Virus record (IMG/VR): IMGVR_UViG_3300006754_000009
Location: 1 to 64,000 of that record
Length of the DNA stretch: 64,000 nt
Origin: a virus
Reading direction: 5' to 3' (one strand)
The notes under the pieces are model-generated. The model saw nothing but the letters and a program-made list of their open reading frames with translations. It had not been told where the DNA came from and searched no databases. This document shows positions 28,850 through 38,877 of this stretch, in pieces. A program made the translations under genes and the position numbers. The stretch's first letter is position 1; each line of letters opens with the position of its first letter.

Positions 28850-28862
28850 TAAAAAATAAAAT

Positions 28863-30788
28863 ATGGAAGTATCAAATAAGATTCTATCGGATATTACTGT
28901 CTACATGAAGTACGCAAAATATATTCCACAATTCAATAGAAGAGAGACATGGGAAGAACTAGTAACAAGGAATAAAAACATGCATATAAAAAAGTATCCC
29001 ACACTAAAAGAAGAAATAGAAGAGAAATACCAATTTGTTTATGAGAAGAAAGTATTACCATCAATGAGAAGTACGCAGTTCGGAGGTAAACCAATTGAAA
29101 TTTCACCCAATAGAATTTATAATTGTGCGTACCTACCTATAGACCACATTGACTCCTTTAGTGAAACCATGTTCTTATTATTAGGTGGAACCGGTGTCGG
29201 CTATTCAGTTCAAAAACATCATGTAGAGAAATTACCAGCAATACAACACCCATACCCAAAAAGAAAGAAAAGATTTTTAATTGGAGACTCGATTGAAGGT
29301 TGGGCGGACTCCATTAAAGTTTTAATGAAATCATATATGAATGGTGGTGGAAGCAGAGTAGAGTTTGATTATTCAGATATTAGACCAAAAGGAGCAAGAC
29401 TAATTACTTCAGGAGGAAAAGCACCAGGACCACGACCATTAAAAGAATGTTTAGTTAAAATTGAAGGAATATTATCTGAGAAAGAAAATGGAGACCATCT
29501 AACAACTTTAGAAGTGCACGATATTATCTGTTATATTGCAGATGCAGTTCTAGCGGGAGGCATTAGAAGAGCGGCTCTAATTAGTTTATTTAGTGCAGAT
29601 GACAATGAAATGATTGGTTGTAAATCTGGTAAGTGGTACGAGAAAAACCCACAAAGAGGTAGAGCAAATAATTCTGCTTGCCTTATGAGACATAAAATTA
29701 CTAAAGACTTTTTTATGGATATATGGAAAAGAGTTGAGCTATCTGGTGCTGGTGAACCCGGAATTTATCTAAATAATGATAAAGATTGGGGAACAAATCC
29801 TTGTTGTGAAATAGCTTTAAGACCCTATCAATTCTGTAACCTTTGTGAGGTAAATGTAAGTAATATAGACTCACAAGACGACTTAAATGAAAGAGTAAAA
29901 GCAGCAGCGTTTATTGGGACACTTCAAGCGGGGTACACCTCCTTCCATTATCTTAGAGAAATATGGCAAGAAACTACGGAAAAAGACGCGTTAATAGGTG
30001 TATCAATGACAGGTATTGGTTCTGGTAAAGTATTAAAATATGATATGAAAAAAGCCGCAAGTTTAGTTAAACGTGAAAATACCAGAGTATCTAAATTATT
30101 AGAAATAAATCAAGCAGCAAGATGTACTACAGTTAAGCCTGCAGGAACTACATCATTAACATTAGGAACATCATCAGGTATTCATGCATGGCATAACGAT
30201 TATTATATTAGAAGAATTAGAGTGGGTAAGAATGAAGCAATATATCACTATCTCATGACTAATCATCCGGAATTACTAGAAGACGATTACTTTAGACCAC
30301 ATGATACAGCGGTAATTAGTATACCCCAAAAAGCACCAAAAGGTTCTATCATGAGAACGGAATCCCCATTTCAACTACTAGAAAGAGTTAAAAAGGTTGC
30401 GAGTGAATGGGTTAGAAGTGGACACAGAAAAGGTTCAAACTCACACAACGTTTCAGCTACAATTAGTTTAAAAGAAGATGAATGGGATAAAGCTGGAGAA
30501 TGGATGTGGGAAAATAGAAAACATTATAATGGACTTTCAGTATTACCTTATGACGGTGGTACATATACACAAGCCCCATTTGAGGACTCCACTAAAGAGG
30601 TTTACAATGAGATGATGAAAACTTTAAGTGAGATAGACTTGTCTAAGGTGGTGGAATTAGAAGATAACACAGATTTATCCGGTGAATTAGCATGTGCGGG
30701 TGGTGTATGTGAAATTGATGTTGACTTAAAAACCCTAAACGGTAATGGAGTTACTAAAGAAAAAGAAGTAAGTGAAACACAAATTTAG
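28863..30788 (+). CDS. nrdJ: Class II (adenosylcobalamin-dependent) ribonucleotide reductase, monomeric type
   Basis: RIYNCAY, GGTGVGYSVQ, AGGIRRAALI, TNPCCEI, TTVKPAGTTSL and C-terminal CAGGVC; no beta-subunit gene alongside. Confidence 0.92.
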   Translation: MEVSNKILSDITVYMKYAKYIPQFNRRETWEELVTRNKNMHIKKYPTLKEEIEEKYQFVYEKKVLPSMRSTQFGGKPIEISPNRIYNCAYLPIDHIDSFSETMFLLLGGTGVGYSVQKHHVEKLPAIQHPYPKRKKRFLIGDSIEGWADSIKVLMKSYMNGGGSRVEFDYSDIRPKGARLITSGGKAPGPRPLKECLVKIEGILSEKENGDHLTTLEVHDIICYIADAVLAGGIRRAALISLFSADDNEMIGCKSGKWYEKNPQRGRANNSACLMRHKITKDFFMDIWKRVELSGAGEPGIYLNNDKDWGTNPCCEIALRPYQFCNLCEVNVSNIDSQDDLNERVKAAAFIGTLQAGYTSFHYLREIWQETTEKDALIGVSMTGIGSGKVLKYDMKKAASLVKRENTRVSKLLEINQAARCTTVKPAGTTSLTLGTSSGIHAWHNDYYIRRIRVGKNEAIYHYLMTNHPELLEDDYFRPHDTAVISIPQKAPKGSIMRTESPFQLLERVKKVASEWVRSGHRKGSNSHNVSATISLKEDEWDKAGEWMWENRKHYNGLSVLPYDGGTYTQAPFEDSTKEVYNEMMKTLSEIDLSKVVELEDNTDLSGELACAGGVCEIDVDLKTLNGNGVTKEKEVSETQI

Positions 30789-30966
30789 TCAAGAAGTACT
30801 ATACCACTTTAATTGTGGTAATTGTAAGAAATGGTGGTCAGTTGCTGACTACCATTTGTTTTCTAATAATGTACCAAAAAGTGAACAAATGGTACCTAAG
30901 TTAATAATATGTCCTCATTGTGGACATAAAGAGGAATCAATAGAAGTAAAAAATGAAAAAAAATAA
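30772..30966 (+). CDS. Small zinc-ribbon protein
   Basis: CGNC...CPHC; GTG start overlapping the end of nrdJ. Confidence 0.75.
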   Translation: MKHKFSQEVLYHFNCGNCKKWWSVADYHLFSNNVPKSEQMVPKLIICPHCGHKEESIEVKNEKK

Positions 30967-31105
30967 AGATTGGATTGAAGAACTATTTCTTAAAGAATTT
31001 ATTTTAAAGAATAATAAAGAGAAAAGTAAATCCGAAAATAGAAAACAAAGTAATCTTAGAAGTATTTATTATAAAAAAGAATGCCCAATCAAAAATACGG
31101 TATAA
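30953..31105 (+). CDS. Possible small ORF or gene remnant (50 aa)
   Basis: MKKNKDWIEELFLKEFILKNNKEKSKSENRKQSNLRSIYYKKECPIKNTV*; starts inside the end of the zinc-ribbon gene and runs into the next gene. Confidence 0.3.
   Translation: MKKNKDWIEELFLKEFILKNNKEKSKSENRKQSNLRSIYYKKECPIKNTV
31063..31070 (+). promoter_or_regulatory. TATTTATT putative late promoter
   Basis: 10 nt before ATG 31081, where structural genes resume. Confidence 0.6.
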
Positions 31106-31542
31106 CGTTCCCATTTAAAGATAGTCCAGAAGGATTTTTCTTAAAATTAAGTAATACTACTGACGAAGAAGTAAGGTCGAGCTTAATCCACTTAATACTT
31201 ACAGTCAAAGGGTCACGATATTTCTTACCGGATTTTGGCACAAACTTAATGAAGTTTATATTTGAACCACTAGATAACACAACTAAATTAAGTATTAATA
31301 ATGAAATTAGGGATACTGTAGAGAAGTTCATGCCTAATTTAATAATTAATGATATAGAAGTTAAATCAGCGGAAGATATAAGATTAGAGCAGGAAAGTGA
31401 CCCAAATTCCGAAGATATAAACAACAATAGTTTTGGTTTTGTGGGTGAAGACGAAAGAGAATACGCCTTACGGGTTAGAATTGATTATACCGCAGGGGAC
31501 GGCTTTTTTGAAACTAAAGATTTTGTTATAATAAATTTATAA
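31081..31542 (+). CDS. Baseplate wedge / sheath initiator (T4 gp25-like)
   Basis: GITFPF, LIHLILTVKGSRYFLPDFGTNLMKFIFEP. Confidence 0.93.
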   Translation: MPNQKYGITFPFKDSPEGFFLKLSNTTDEEVRSSLIHLILTVKGSRYFLPDFGTNLMKFIFEPLDNTTKLSINNEIRDTVEKFMPNLIINDIEVKSAEDIRLEQESDPNSEDINNNSFGFVGEDEREYALRVRIDYTAGDGFFETKDFVIINL

Positions 31543-31543
31543 A

Positions 31544-33385
31544 ATGGCAGAAAAAAAGATAGCATATACAGAAAGAGATTTTCTAGGTATTAGAAATGAA
31601 TTATTAAGATTAACTAACACCTACTACCCTGATTTAATTAGAAACGCGAATGACGCATCCATATACTCTGTGTTTTTAGATTTAAACGCAGCAGTAGCAG
31701 ACAACCTAAACTTCCAAATAGACAGAACATTCCAGGAAACAGTATTAGATTTTGCACAAGAAAGAAGTTCTCTTTATAATTTAGCTAAAACTTATGGTTT
31801 AAAAATACCAGGAAACAGACCATCACTAACAATGGTGGATATTTCTATCATAGTTCCAGCATTAGGAGATAAAGAAGATTTTAAGTACTTAGGTAACCTA
31901 AGAAGAGGAGCTCAATTTAGAGGTGGGGGTCAGGTATTTGAAACAGTAAATGATTGTGATTTCTCAACTCAATATAATAACGAAGGTATTGTTAATAGAA
32001 CTAAACAACCAAATAGAGATATTAACGGAATAATACAAAACTACACAATGACCAAAAGAGAAGTGGTAGTTAATGGTGTTACTAAAATCTTTAAGAAAGA
32101 AATTACCGACTCATTAGTTAGTCCTTTTTATGAGTTATTTTTACCTGAAAAAAATGTAGTGGGAGTTACTGGAGTAATCCAAAAACCAGGACTTGGATAC
32201 CAAACATTACCAACAAACGTAGAATTTTTAGACAGAACAACTGATAAGTGGTATGAAGTACAGGCGTTAGCACAAGATGAGGTATTTGTAGAAGACCCAT
32301 CATCACCACCAGATGAAATAGGGATAAAAGTAGGGAAATATATAGAAGTTGACCAAAGATTCACAACACAATATACACCACAAGGATATTTTCATTTAAC
32401 ATTTGGGGGTGGAAATCAGACATCACAAGATTTATTAGACGATTTTGCAAAAAAAGGCACACCATTAAACATGGCTCAATACATGAATAATATTTCATTA
32501 GGAAAAATGGTACAAGGTAATAGTACTATTTTTGTCCAATACAGAATAGGTGGGGGTAAATCCTCTAATCTAGGAGCTGGAGCTATAAGAAATGTCGGAA
32601 CCAATAACTTTGTAGTAGCAGGACCCAACTCTCAAGTAAATCAATCTGTTATCGATAGTTTAGCAGTAACCAACGTTACTGCCGCTATAGGTGGAGCAAA
32701 CCCAATGTCAGTAGAAGAAATTAGAAATTATATATCTTTTAATTTTGCAGCACAAAACAGAGCAGTATCTATTAATGATTACGTAGCTAAATTACGAATG
32801 ATGCCTAGTACATTTGGTGCACCAGCGAAAGTAGGTGTAACAGAAGTAGAAAATAAAGTTAGATTAAATATATTGTCTTATACACCAGAAGGTAAATTAA
32901 CCTCAGAAATAACATCTACACTAAAAAATAATATAGCGACTTATTTGTCTAATTATAGAATGATGAACGATTATATAGTCGTAGGTCCAGCTAAAGTAAT
33001 AGATATTTCTTTTATGTTAGATTTAACAATAGAGAGTTCATATAATTCAGGAGCTATAGTTAGTAATGTCATAGAAAAAGTAAGCGATTATTTTAGTATA
33101 AATAAAATAGAAATGGGCCAAGACCTATCATTAGGTGAATTAAGAAGTCAGATAATGAATCAACCAGGAGTTGTAAATATAGTTGATGTAAAAGTTTACA
33201 ATAAGGTAGGGGATACCTATTCCCAGTCAGTTACATCACAACCTTATGTAAGCCAAGGAACCAGAGAGATAGGGTTAATTAATGACACTATATATGCACA
33301 ACCAGACGAAATTTTGCAAGTAAGATATCCTGAAAAAGATATAGCTATAAGAATACGCAAACCTCACAAACCAAACTTCACCTAA
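31544..33385 (+). CDS. Baseplate wedge subunit (T4 gp6 / baseplate J-like)
   Basis: YTERDFLGIRNEL, AQERSSLYNLAKTYG, LTFGGG, YRIGGGKSSN, FAAQNRAVSINDY. Confidence 0.92.
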   Translation: MAEKKIAYTERDFLGIRNELLRLTNTYYPDLIRNANDASIYSVFLDLNAAVADNLNFQIDRTFQETVLDFAQERSSLYNLAKTYGLKIPGNRPSLTMVDISIIVPALGDKEDFKYLGNLRRGAQFRGGGQVFETVNDCDFSTQYNNEGIVNRTKQPNRDINGIIQNYTMTKREVVVNGVTKIFKKEITDSLVSPFYELFLPEKNVVGVTGVIQKPGLGYQTLPTNVEFLDRTTDKWYEVQALAQDEVFVEDPSSPPDEIGIKVGKYIEVDQRFTTQYTPQGYFHLTFGGGNQTSQDLLDDFAKKGTPLNMAQYMNNISLGKMVQGNSTIFVQYRIGGGKSSNLGAGAIRNVGTNNFVVAGPNSQVNQSVIDSLAVTNVTAAIGGANPMSVEEIRNYISFNFAAQNRAVSINDYVAKLRMMPSTFGAPAKVGVTEVENKVRLNILSYTPEGKLTSEITSTLKNNIATYLSNYRMMNDYIVVGPAKVIDISFMLDLTIESSYNSGAIVSNVIEKVSDYFSINKIEMGQDLSLGELRSQIMNQPGVVNIVDVKVYNKVGDTYSQSVTSQPYVSQGTREIGLINDTIYAQPDEILQVRYPEKDIAIRIRKPHKPNFT

Positions 33386-33433
33386 ACTTTACTATAATCC
33401 TTAACTAATTACTTTTACTTTTAAGGGGGGAAC

Positions 33434-33441
33434 TATTTATT
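33434..33441 (+). promoter_or_regulatory. TATTTATT putative late promoter
   Basis: 46 nt before ATG 33488. Confidence 0.5.
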
Positions 33442-33487
33442 TTTATAAGTACTATAAACCTTTTTAAATAAAATTTTTTAATCATAT

Positions 33488-36400
33488 ATGGCAAAATCTT
33501 TTAGAGTAAGAACAGAAGTAGGGAGGGATAAAAATGTAACTTTTGAATTAAATCAAGATTTTGATTTATTAGAAATATTAAGTTTATCTCTTACACAACA
33601 AGAAATCTACACACGTATGTGTTCTGATTTTGGTGTGGTATGCGGTAGAGTTGTAGCTAATAATGGTTTTGGTATTCCAAACGCTAAAGTATCCATATTC
33701 ATCCCACTAGAGACCGAAGACGAAAAAAATGAGGTTGTAAGGTTTTTATACCCATATAAAGAACCGTATGAAAAAAATGAAGACGGAAAAAGATACAACC
33801 TATTAAGTACGGAACCAAATTTTGATTGTCATGTTGCGGTAGGGACATTCCCCACACTTAAGTCGGTACTAACTCAACAAGAAGTTAAATACGTCTACGA
33901 AAAATATTATAAATTCACAGCTAAATCAAACGAGTCTGGAGACTTTATGATTTACGGGGTACCAACAGGTCCCCAACAAATAGTAATGGACGTAGATTTA
34001 AGTGATATCGGATGTTTTTCGATGCTTCCAGAAGACTTCAAACAAAAAGGAGCTCCACCATCTCAATTTGACGGACCTCGATTTAAAGATGACCCTGAGT
34101 TAGATTCTTTACCCCAAATTATAAATCAAACCAAAGTAGTTGATATAAGACCATTTTGGGGTGATGAGGAGACATGTAGAGCTGCAATAACTAGAATAGA
34201 TTTTGACCTAGGTAATTCTGGATTTAAATTAGAACCTACATCTGTGTTTATGGGTAGTACCGCTCAAGATACTGACAAAGATTCAGTAAACAAACAATGT
34301 AGACCTAAAAAACATATGGGTGAACTATGTAGTCTAATAACCACACCTGGGATTATAGATTGTATCCGATATACACCATTTTTAAAAGATGACGACACAG
34401 CTTTTCCTACTTATAATGGTGTTACGTATAGTGGGCCACCACTTGGGGGTAAAGTTCCTGTACTACAAAGACTTTATTTAGATAATGGTGGTAGGGTAAT
34501 AGATGAAACTGGTTCATTTTTAGTACATATACCTATGAATTTAGACCATGTTACCACAGATGAATTTGGTAAAATGATTTTATCTAACGACCCATCTAAG
34601 GGGGTTCCTACACGAGCCAGATGTAGATTTAGGGTTAGACCTGAACAAAGTAGAGGTACTGCACGACAAAGACGGTCAGCAGCCTATCTAGTACCTAATC
34701 TAAGAGAATATACCACTCAAAACAATGACGACGGTGATTGGCCAGGAATTGACCCTAGAAGTTATTGTTTCTCAACAGAATATAGTGATTATCATGGTTA
34801 TGCACAAAGACATTTAATGCCTGGTGCTGAAGATGAATTTTATGATATGACCTTTAATAGAGTATATACATGTGCTCAATTCCATGACCATGTTAAACAC
34901 GCAGGAAGAAGGCAGTTTATCGGGATAAAAGAAATTTTACCAGAAATGGACCAACAATGTTCAACATCCGCAATGTTTTTCCCCGTTAATAGTGCTGTGA
35001 GAAATGCAAAATTTATGATTTTCTTCATGAATTTTATATATGATTTTTTAGGTTTAATCTACATGGTTATAAATTTAATTATTAGTTTATTAGCCGCTAT
35101 ATTAGGTTTAGTATTAGGGATTGTTTTATTTATAATTTGGGCCGTATGCATGTTGTGGTGTGCAATTTATGGTATTGTAATACAATTTTCTTTAGGATGG
35201 CCTTTTAATACTACATGGGTTTTATTTAGGATGTCATGGTTTCTTTCCTCACCACCCAACATATGTGGACAAATAAATTTAACTGGATTTGGGTGCGGTA
35301 TACAGTGTGAATATTTTGGTTTAACTATTGGGTTTGTTTTATTTCAGTTACGACAAACCAAATATCCAGATTGTGAAAAGTGTAGTTGTAGACCTTCAGC
35401 GAGTGATGAATTCATAGCCCTAGCTGACATTGCACCGTGTCCAGACGCGGTTCCAGAGGAACCAGAACCAGGGCAAAATTCTCCATGTCCTGTAGGTAAC
35501 GCAACATTTAATAACTCAATGGGTATAGAAATGAAATGGAGTCATGACTGTTGTGGAACAGGAGACTATCTAACCTCACCTGAGACTGTCCAAGATACTG
35601 ATACTATTTGTTGTCATAATTCTTATGGTTATAATTCTGAACTATATTCTCCTAGCCATGAGTCTGACGGTTTTGCTGCTGGAGGATGTTATGTAAAAAT
35701 AGTGTGCTTTAACATTGCGTGTATTGGGTATAATTTAGATATGACAGTTCTATACGAATGGATGAAAAGAGAGAAAGTAGCCAGTGCTTTATGTAATGGT
35801 ATATTAAACTATTTCTGGGAAAATAGTTGGGTAAGTGGATTCTTATATCAGTTCCAGTTCAGAGCAAAATTGCAATTGACTGTTAATGGGTATACGGATT
35901 GGAGAGGAGAGACCCACGACACCTATATTACCGACTCAGATTTTTGTAGAAAAGTGGTGTACTTACATCCAGTAGATAATACATTTTATTATAGGTCAAC
36001 ACCATTCCAAGTCCAAAGTGCAGCAAAGGACGGACAATTCATCGGTGATACAGACGGAGTAATGTCATTATGGTTTGCAGGAGGAAATCAAAGTGATGAC
36101 TTACATGCATCCGGAGACATGGACCGACACATATATTTCCCAACAACCATGACGGATATGGGTTCTAGAAATCAGTGTATACAACAAATATGTTTAGACC
36201 CAAATTTTGCTGAAGAATGTTCAGTAACAGACCAAATAGGGAGTACTACATTCCAAGACATTACAGATTTAGTTTCTGACACTTATAATCTTAAGTTATA
36301 TGCTTTTAATTATACTTTATCTAGTATATTTGCTAGACCAGAAAAAGAAATTGGGGGTGATGTAGCACAAGCACTTATGCAAAATTGTATGTTAGGGGTA

Positions 36401-37081
36401 TTTGGGTATGAATCCAATATGAGTAGTACGATTTGTGACTGTACTGACCCAACACAAAATACATCATTGCCTATACCAGGTCTAGAATATCCACCCCCAG
36501 CAGTTCCTGATACACCATACGTTGAAAACGCATTAAATATAGCACCTGGACAACTTAATAGTGGAGGTCCTTTGCAGTGGACACCATTATTATTTACGGC
36601 ATCAACACCAACTATTATGAGTGGACAAGAGTTAATAAATTGTGTTACTCTTGATTTGTCCGCAACCACTCAACAAGTTCCTTTTTATCCATGGAGAGTT
36701 AGAGGTGGTGGAGGGTTTGGTGGTTTATATAATGATTGGCAAAATACGACTGGAGATTACCAAATTAAAATGTCAGTGCCTTTAGGGCCAATGTCAATTT
36801 GGCCAGCAATTGGAGTAACTCTCCCTACATGTTATTACGGTCCTTCTTGTCCAGGAAACCCTTCAATTGCCTCTGGGGAGTTTCAACATTATATGGGCCA
36901 TGCGGGAGGTAGTGGGTACCAACTACCAAACAATTATCCGTTAATGACAGACCAATCTGACAACAGTATGTGTTTTTCACAACCATTATTTTATTACTTC
37001 GGATTAAGACCAGGACAAACATCCTATAATACCTTCATTAGGTTATATGTTGATGAAGAATTAGCAGACGCAGTAATATAA
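33488..37081 (+). CDS. Large structural protein with an N-terminal prealbumin/carboxypeptidase-regulatory-like fold, a central hydrophobic segment and a Cys-rich region
   Basis: GVVCGRVVANNGFGIPNAKVSIF...KSNESGDFMIYGVPTG; long hydrophobic stretch at about 35010-35350; many Cys. Confidence 0.65.
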   Translation: MAKSFRVRTEVGRDKNVTFELNQDFDLLEILSLSLTQQEIYTRMCSDFGVVCGRVVANNGFGIPNAKVSIFIPLETEDEKNEVVRFLYPYKEPYEKNEDGKRYNLLSTEPNFDCHVAVGTFPTLKSVLTQQEVKYVYEKYYKFTAKSNESGDFMIYGVPTGPQQIVMDVDLSDIGCFSMLPEDFKQKGAPPSQFDGPRFKDDPELDSLPQIINQTKVVDIRPFWGDEETCRAAITRIDFDLGNSGFKLEPTSVFMGSTAQDTDKDSVNKQCRPKKHMGELCSLITTPGIIDCIRYTPFLKDDDTAFPTYNGVTYSGPPLGGKVPVLQRLYLDNGGRVIDETGSFLVHIPMNLDHVTTDEFGKMILSNDPSKGVPTRARCRFRVRPEQSRGTARQRRSAAYLVPNLREYTTQNNDDGDWPGIDPRSYCFSTEYSDYHGYAQRHLMPGAEDEFYDMTFNRVYTCAQFHDHVKHAGRRQFIGIKEILPEMDQQCSTSAMFFPVNSAVRNAKFMIFFMNFIYDFLGLIYMVINLIISLLAAILGLVLGIVLFIIWAVCMLWCAIYGIVIQFSLGWPFNTTWVLFRMSWFLSSPPNICGQINLTGFGCGIQCEYFGLTIGFVLFQLRQTKYPDCEKCSCRPSASDEFIALADIAPCPDAVPEEPEPGQNSPCPVGNATFNNSMGIEMKWSHDCCGTGDYLTSPETVQDTDTICCHNSYGYNSELYSPSHESDGFAAGGCYVKIVCFNIACIGYNLDMTVLYEWMKREKVASALCNGILNYFWENSWVSGFLYQFQFRAKLQLTVNGYTDWRGETHDTYITDSDFCRKVVYLHPVDNTFYYRSTPFQVQSAAKDGQFIGDTDGVMSLWFAGGNQSDDLHASGDMDRHIYFPTTMTDMGSRNQCIQQICLDPNFAEECSVTDQIGSTTFQDITDLVSDTYNLKLYAFNYTLSSIFARPEKEIGGDVAQALMQNCMLGVFGYESNMSSTICDCTDPTQNTSLPIPGLEYPPPAVPDTPYVENALNIAPGQLNSGGPLQWTPLLFTASTPTIMSGQELINCVTLDLSATTQQVPFYPWRVRGGGGFGGLYNDWQNTTGDYQIKMSVPLGPMSIWPAIGVTLPTCYYGPSCPGNPSIASGEFQHYMGHAGGSGYQLPNNYPLMTDQSDNSMCFSQPLFYYFGLRPGQTSYNTFIRLYVDEELADAVI

Positions 37082-38877
37082 TGAGTAATCAAAAAAACAT
37101 AAGAATAGTAAAAGGTAGTTCTAAGTATAAAGGAGGACAAGATTTTGATGTATCTCTACAACCTTTATTAGCTGCGGAAAGAAGAACTCTAATACAAGGA
37201 GATAGAAATTTAGTATTAAATGTCGTAGACCAATTTAATTTTGAAAGAGATTACTCTAGCACATATAGAATGTACGGAAAGATAGATGTTTTATATCAGA
37301 ATATAATAACAGGTTCTACACAAGACCCAGACATGTTATCTAGTATGTACTTTGTGCCAGACTTTCAGGGATGCACTTCAATACCATGTATTGGACTACC
37401 ACCAGCAAAAACATTTGATTTTGTACCATTAGAACACTACGGACCAACAACCATGACCTCAATATACAGTGATTTATTATCGTATCAAGATAATTGGGTA
37501 TTATATATATCATACGTTTATTCATCCGACACAACCCAACCAATGCAATTTACTATAAGTCCAGGCCAAGGGGTAAAGTTTATATCTGGAGACGGTATAC
37601 CGTTTAAGAGTGAATTAGCAGAAATTAACGGAAAGGAAGTTTTTAGAATTATAACAGCAGCACCTCACGGAATATCTCCAGGTGAATATATGGAACTACA
37701 ACCAGAAGTAATACCTCAAACTACATCATTTGGTGGTATAGATTTTATTAGTAGCATTGATTTAAATCTAAATATAGATGGTGTAGCACACTCCAGCACA
37801 CAAACATTATTTGAAGTAGATTCTTTAGGTAATGGGTATGAAAATTCAGAAGAATATGTGATAAATATAAATACTAGAGGATTAATTGGGACTACTATTA
37901 ATGGTGGAGCCACACCATTCCCAAATACAGGTGTTGGTGTGATTAAAAGATTTGCTAATAGAGAGAATCCAGAGACTAAATCACAATATTACACTCATAT
38001 ACACAAACTTATAACCAATCCAACAGACTATACTTTAGGTAGAACGGGCTTTGAAAATGGAATATATAATAGAAAAGGTAGAGTATATAAGTCACGTAAA
38101 ACTCCACCCACATACCCCGCTAAAACAGTAATAAGGGAAGAATTTAAATCTTATTTATGGAATGTTAATGATGATATAGACCGGGAAAGTTATTTTGATA
38201 ATCTCAATAGACCTGTTATAGACTTATATCTAACTATTTTTCCAACTAATAAAAATCTAATGTGGGAGTACGCGAGTAGTAATTCACCTTGTGGGTATGG
38301 CTGGGGATGGAACTTCAAAAAAGATGGAACTATAGACCCTTTTATAGATAACGCCACCAATCCAACCTATATCATACAGACAAATAATAATGGGGTTGAC
38401 CCATTACCAGCGAGTGGTACGACTTATAGAGGAGCTTTTGTGGAATACAACCCGTACGAGTTAAAAGAAAGAATAATATCAAAAATAGGGCATTCATTAA
38501 AATTTAATCCTACAGCATTAAATTCGGGAGATTACATGTACCCCCAAATACAATCTAGATACAAATATAACCCCCATCATAGAATACCTATAAGAAAATT
38601 ATCTAACGGTATAAATTATAATGACACACTATTTACATCTCCACAGTACGCTACCTATTCTTCCATAGAAGGAACATTTAGATGGAGACCTATGTTACCT
38701 GTGGGTTATTTTGAGGAAGAAAAGAATGGTGTAGTTTATCCCTACTTAAATGACTCACATTACCCACATCATACACTAGAATTTATGATTGAGGCAGTAG
38801 GACCAATATTAACATTAAAAGAGCACTCAGCGAGTACGATAAACATATTAAATGCATACATGGATGGCTGCCAATAG
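37081..38877 (+). CDS. Hypothetical structural protein
   Basis: 598 aa with a TAATG overlap to the previous gene; ITAAPHGISPGEYMEL beta-barrel-type motif. Confidence 0.7.
   Translation: MSNQKNIRIVKGSSKYKGGQDFDVSLQPLLAAERRTLIQGDRNLVLNVVDQFNFERDYSSTYRMYGKIDVLYQNIITGSTQDPDMLSSMYFVPDFQGCTSIPCIGLPPAKTFDFVPLEHYGPTTMTSIYSDLLSYQDNWVLYISYVYSSDTTQPMQFTISPGQGVKFISGDGIPFKSELAEINGKEVFRIITAAPHGISPGEYMELQPEVIPQTTSFGGIDFISSIDLNLNIDGVAHSSTQTLFEVDSLGNGYENSEEYVININTRGLIGTTINGGATPFPNTGVGVIKRFANRENPETKSQYYTHIHKLITNPTDYTLGRTGFENGIYNRKGRVYKSRKTPPTYPAKTVIREEFKSYLWNVNDDIDRESYFDNLNRPVIDLYLTIFPTNKNLMWEYASSNSPCGYGWGWNFKKDGTIDPFIDNATNPTYIIQTNNNGVDPLPASGTTYRGAFVEYNPYELKERIISKIGHSLKFNPTALNSGDYMYPQIQSRYKYNPHHRIPIRKLSNGINYNDTLFTSPQYATYSSIEGTFRWRPMLPVGYFEEEKNGVVYPYLNDSHYPHHTLEFMIEAVGPILTLKEHSASTINILNAYMDGCQ

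Noticed and set aside
24535-30788. Inteins, introns or homing endonucleases in recA, helicase or nrdJ
   Set aside because: Proteins are of normal length with contiguous motifs; no intein or LAGLIDADG/HNH signatures seen.
1300-33385. Bacterial extracellular contractile injection system or tailocin locus
   Set aside because: Interleaved gp32-like SSB, UvsX-like recombinase, helicase, exonuclease and RNR, plus phage-style promoters, point to a phage genome, although no capsid gene lies in the window.
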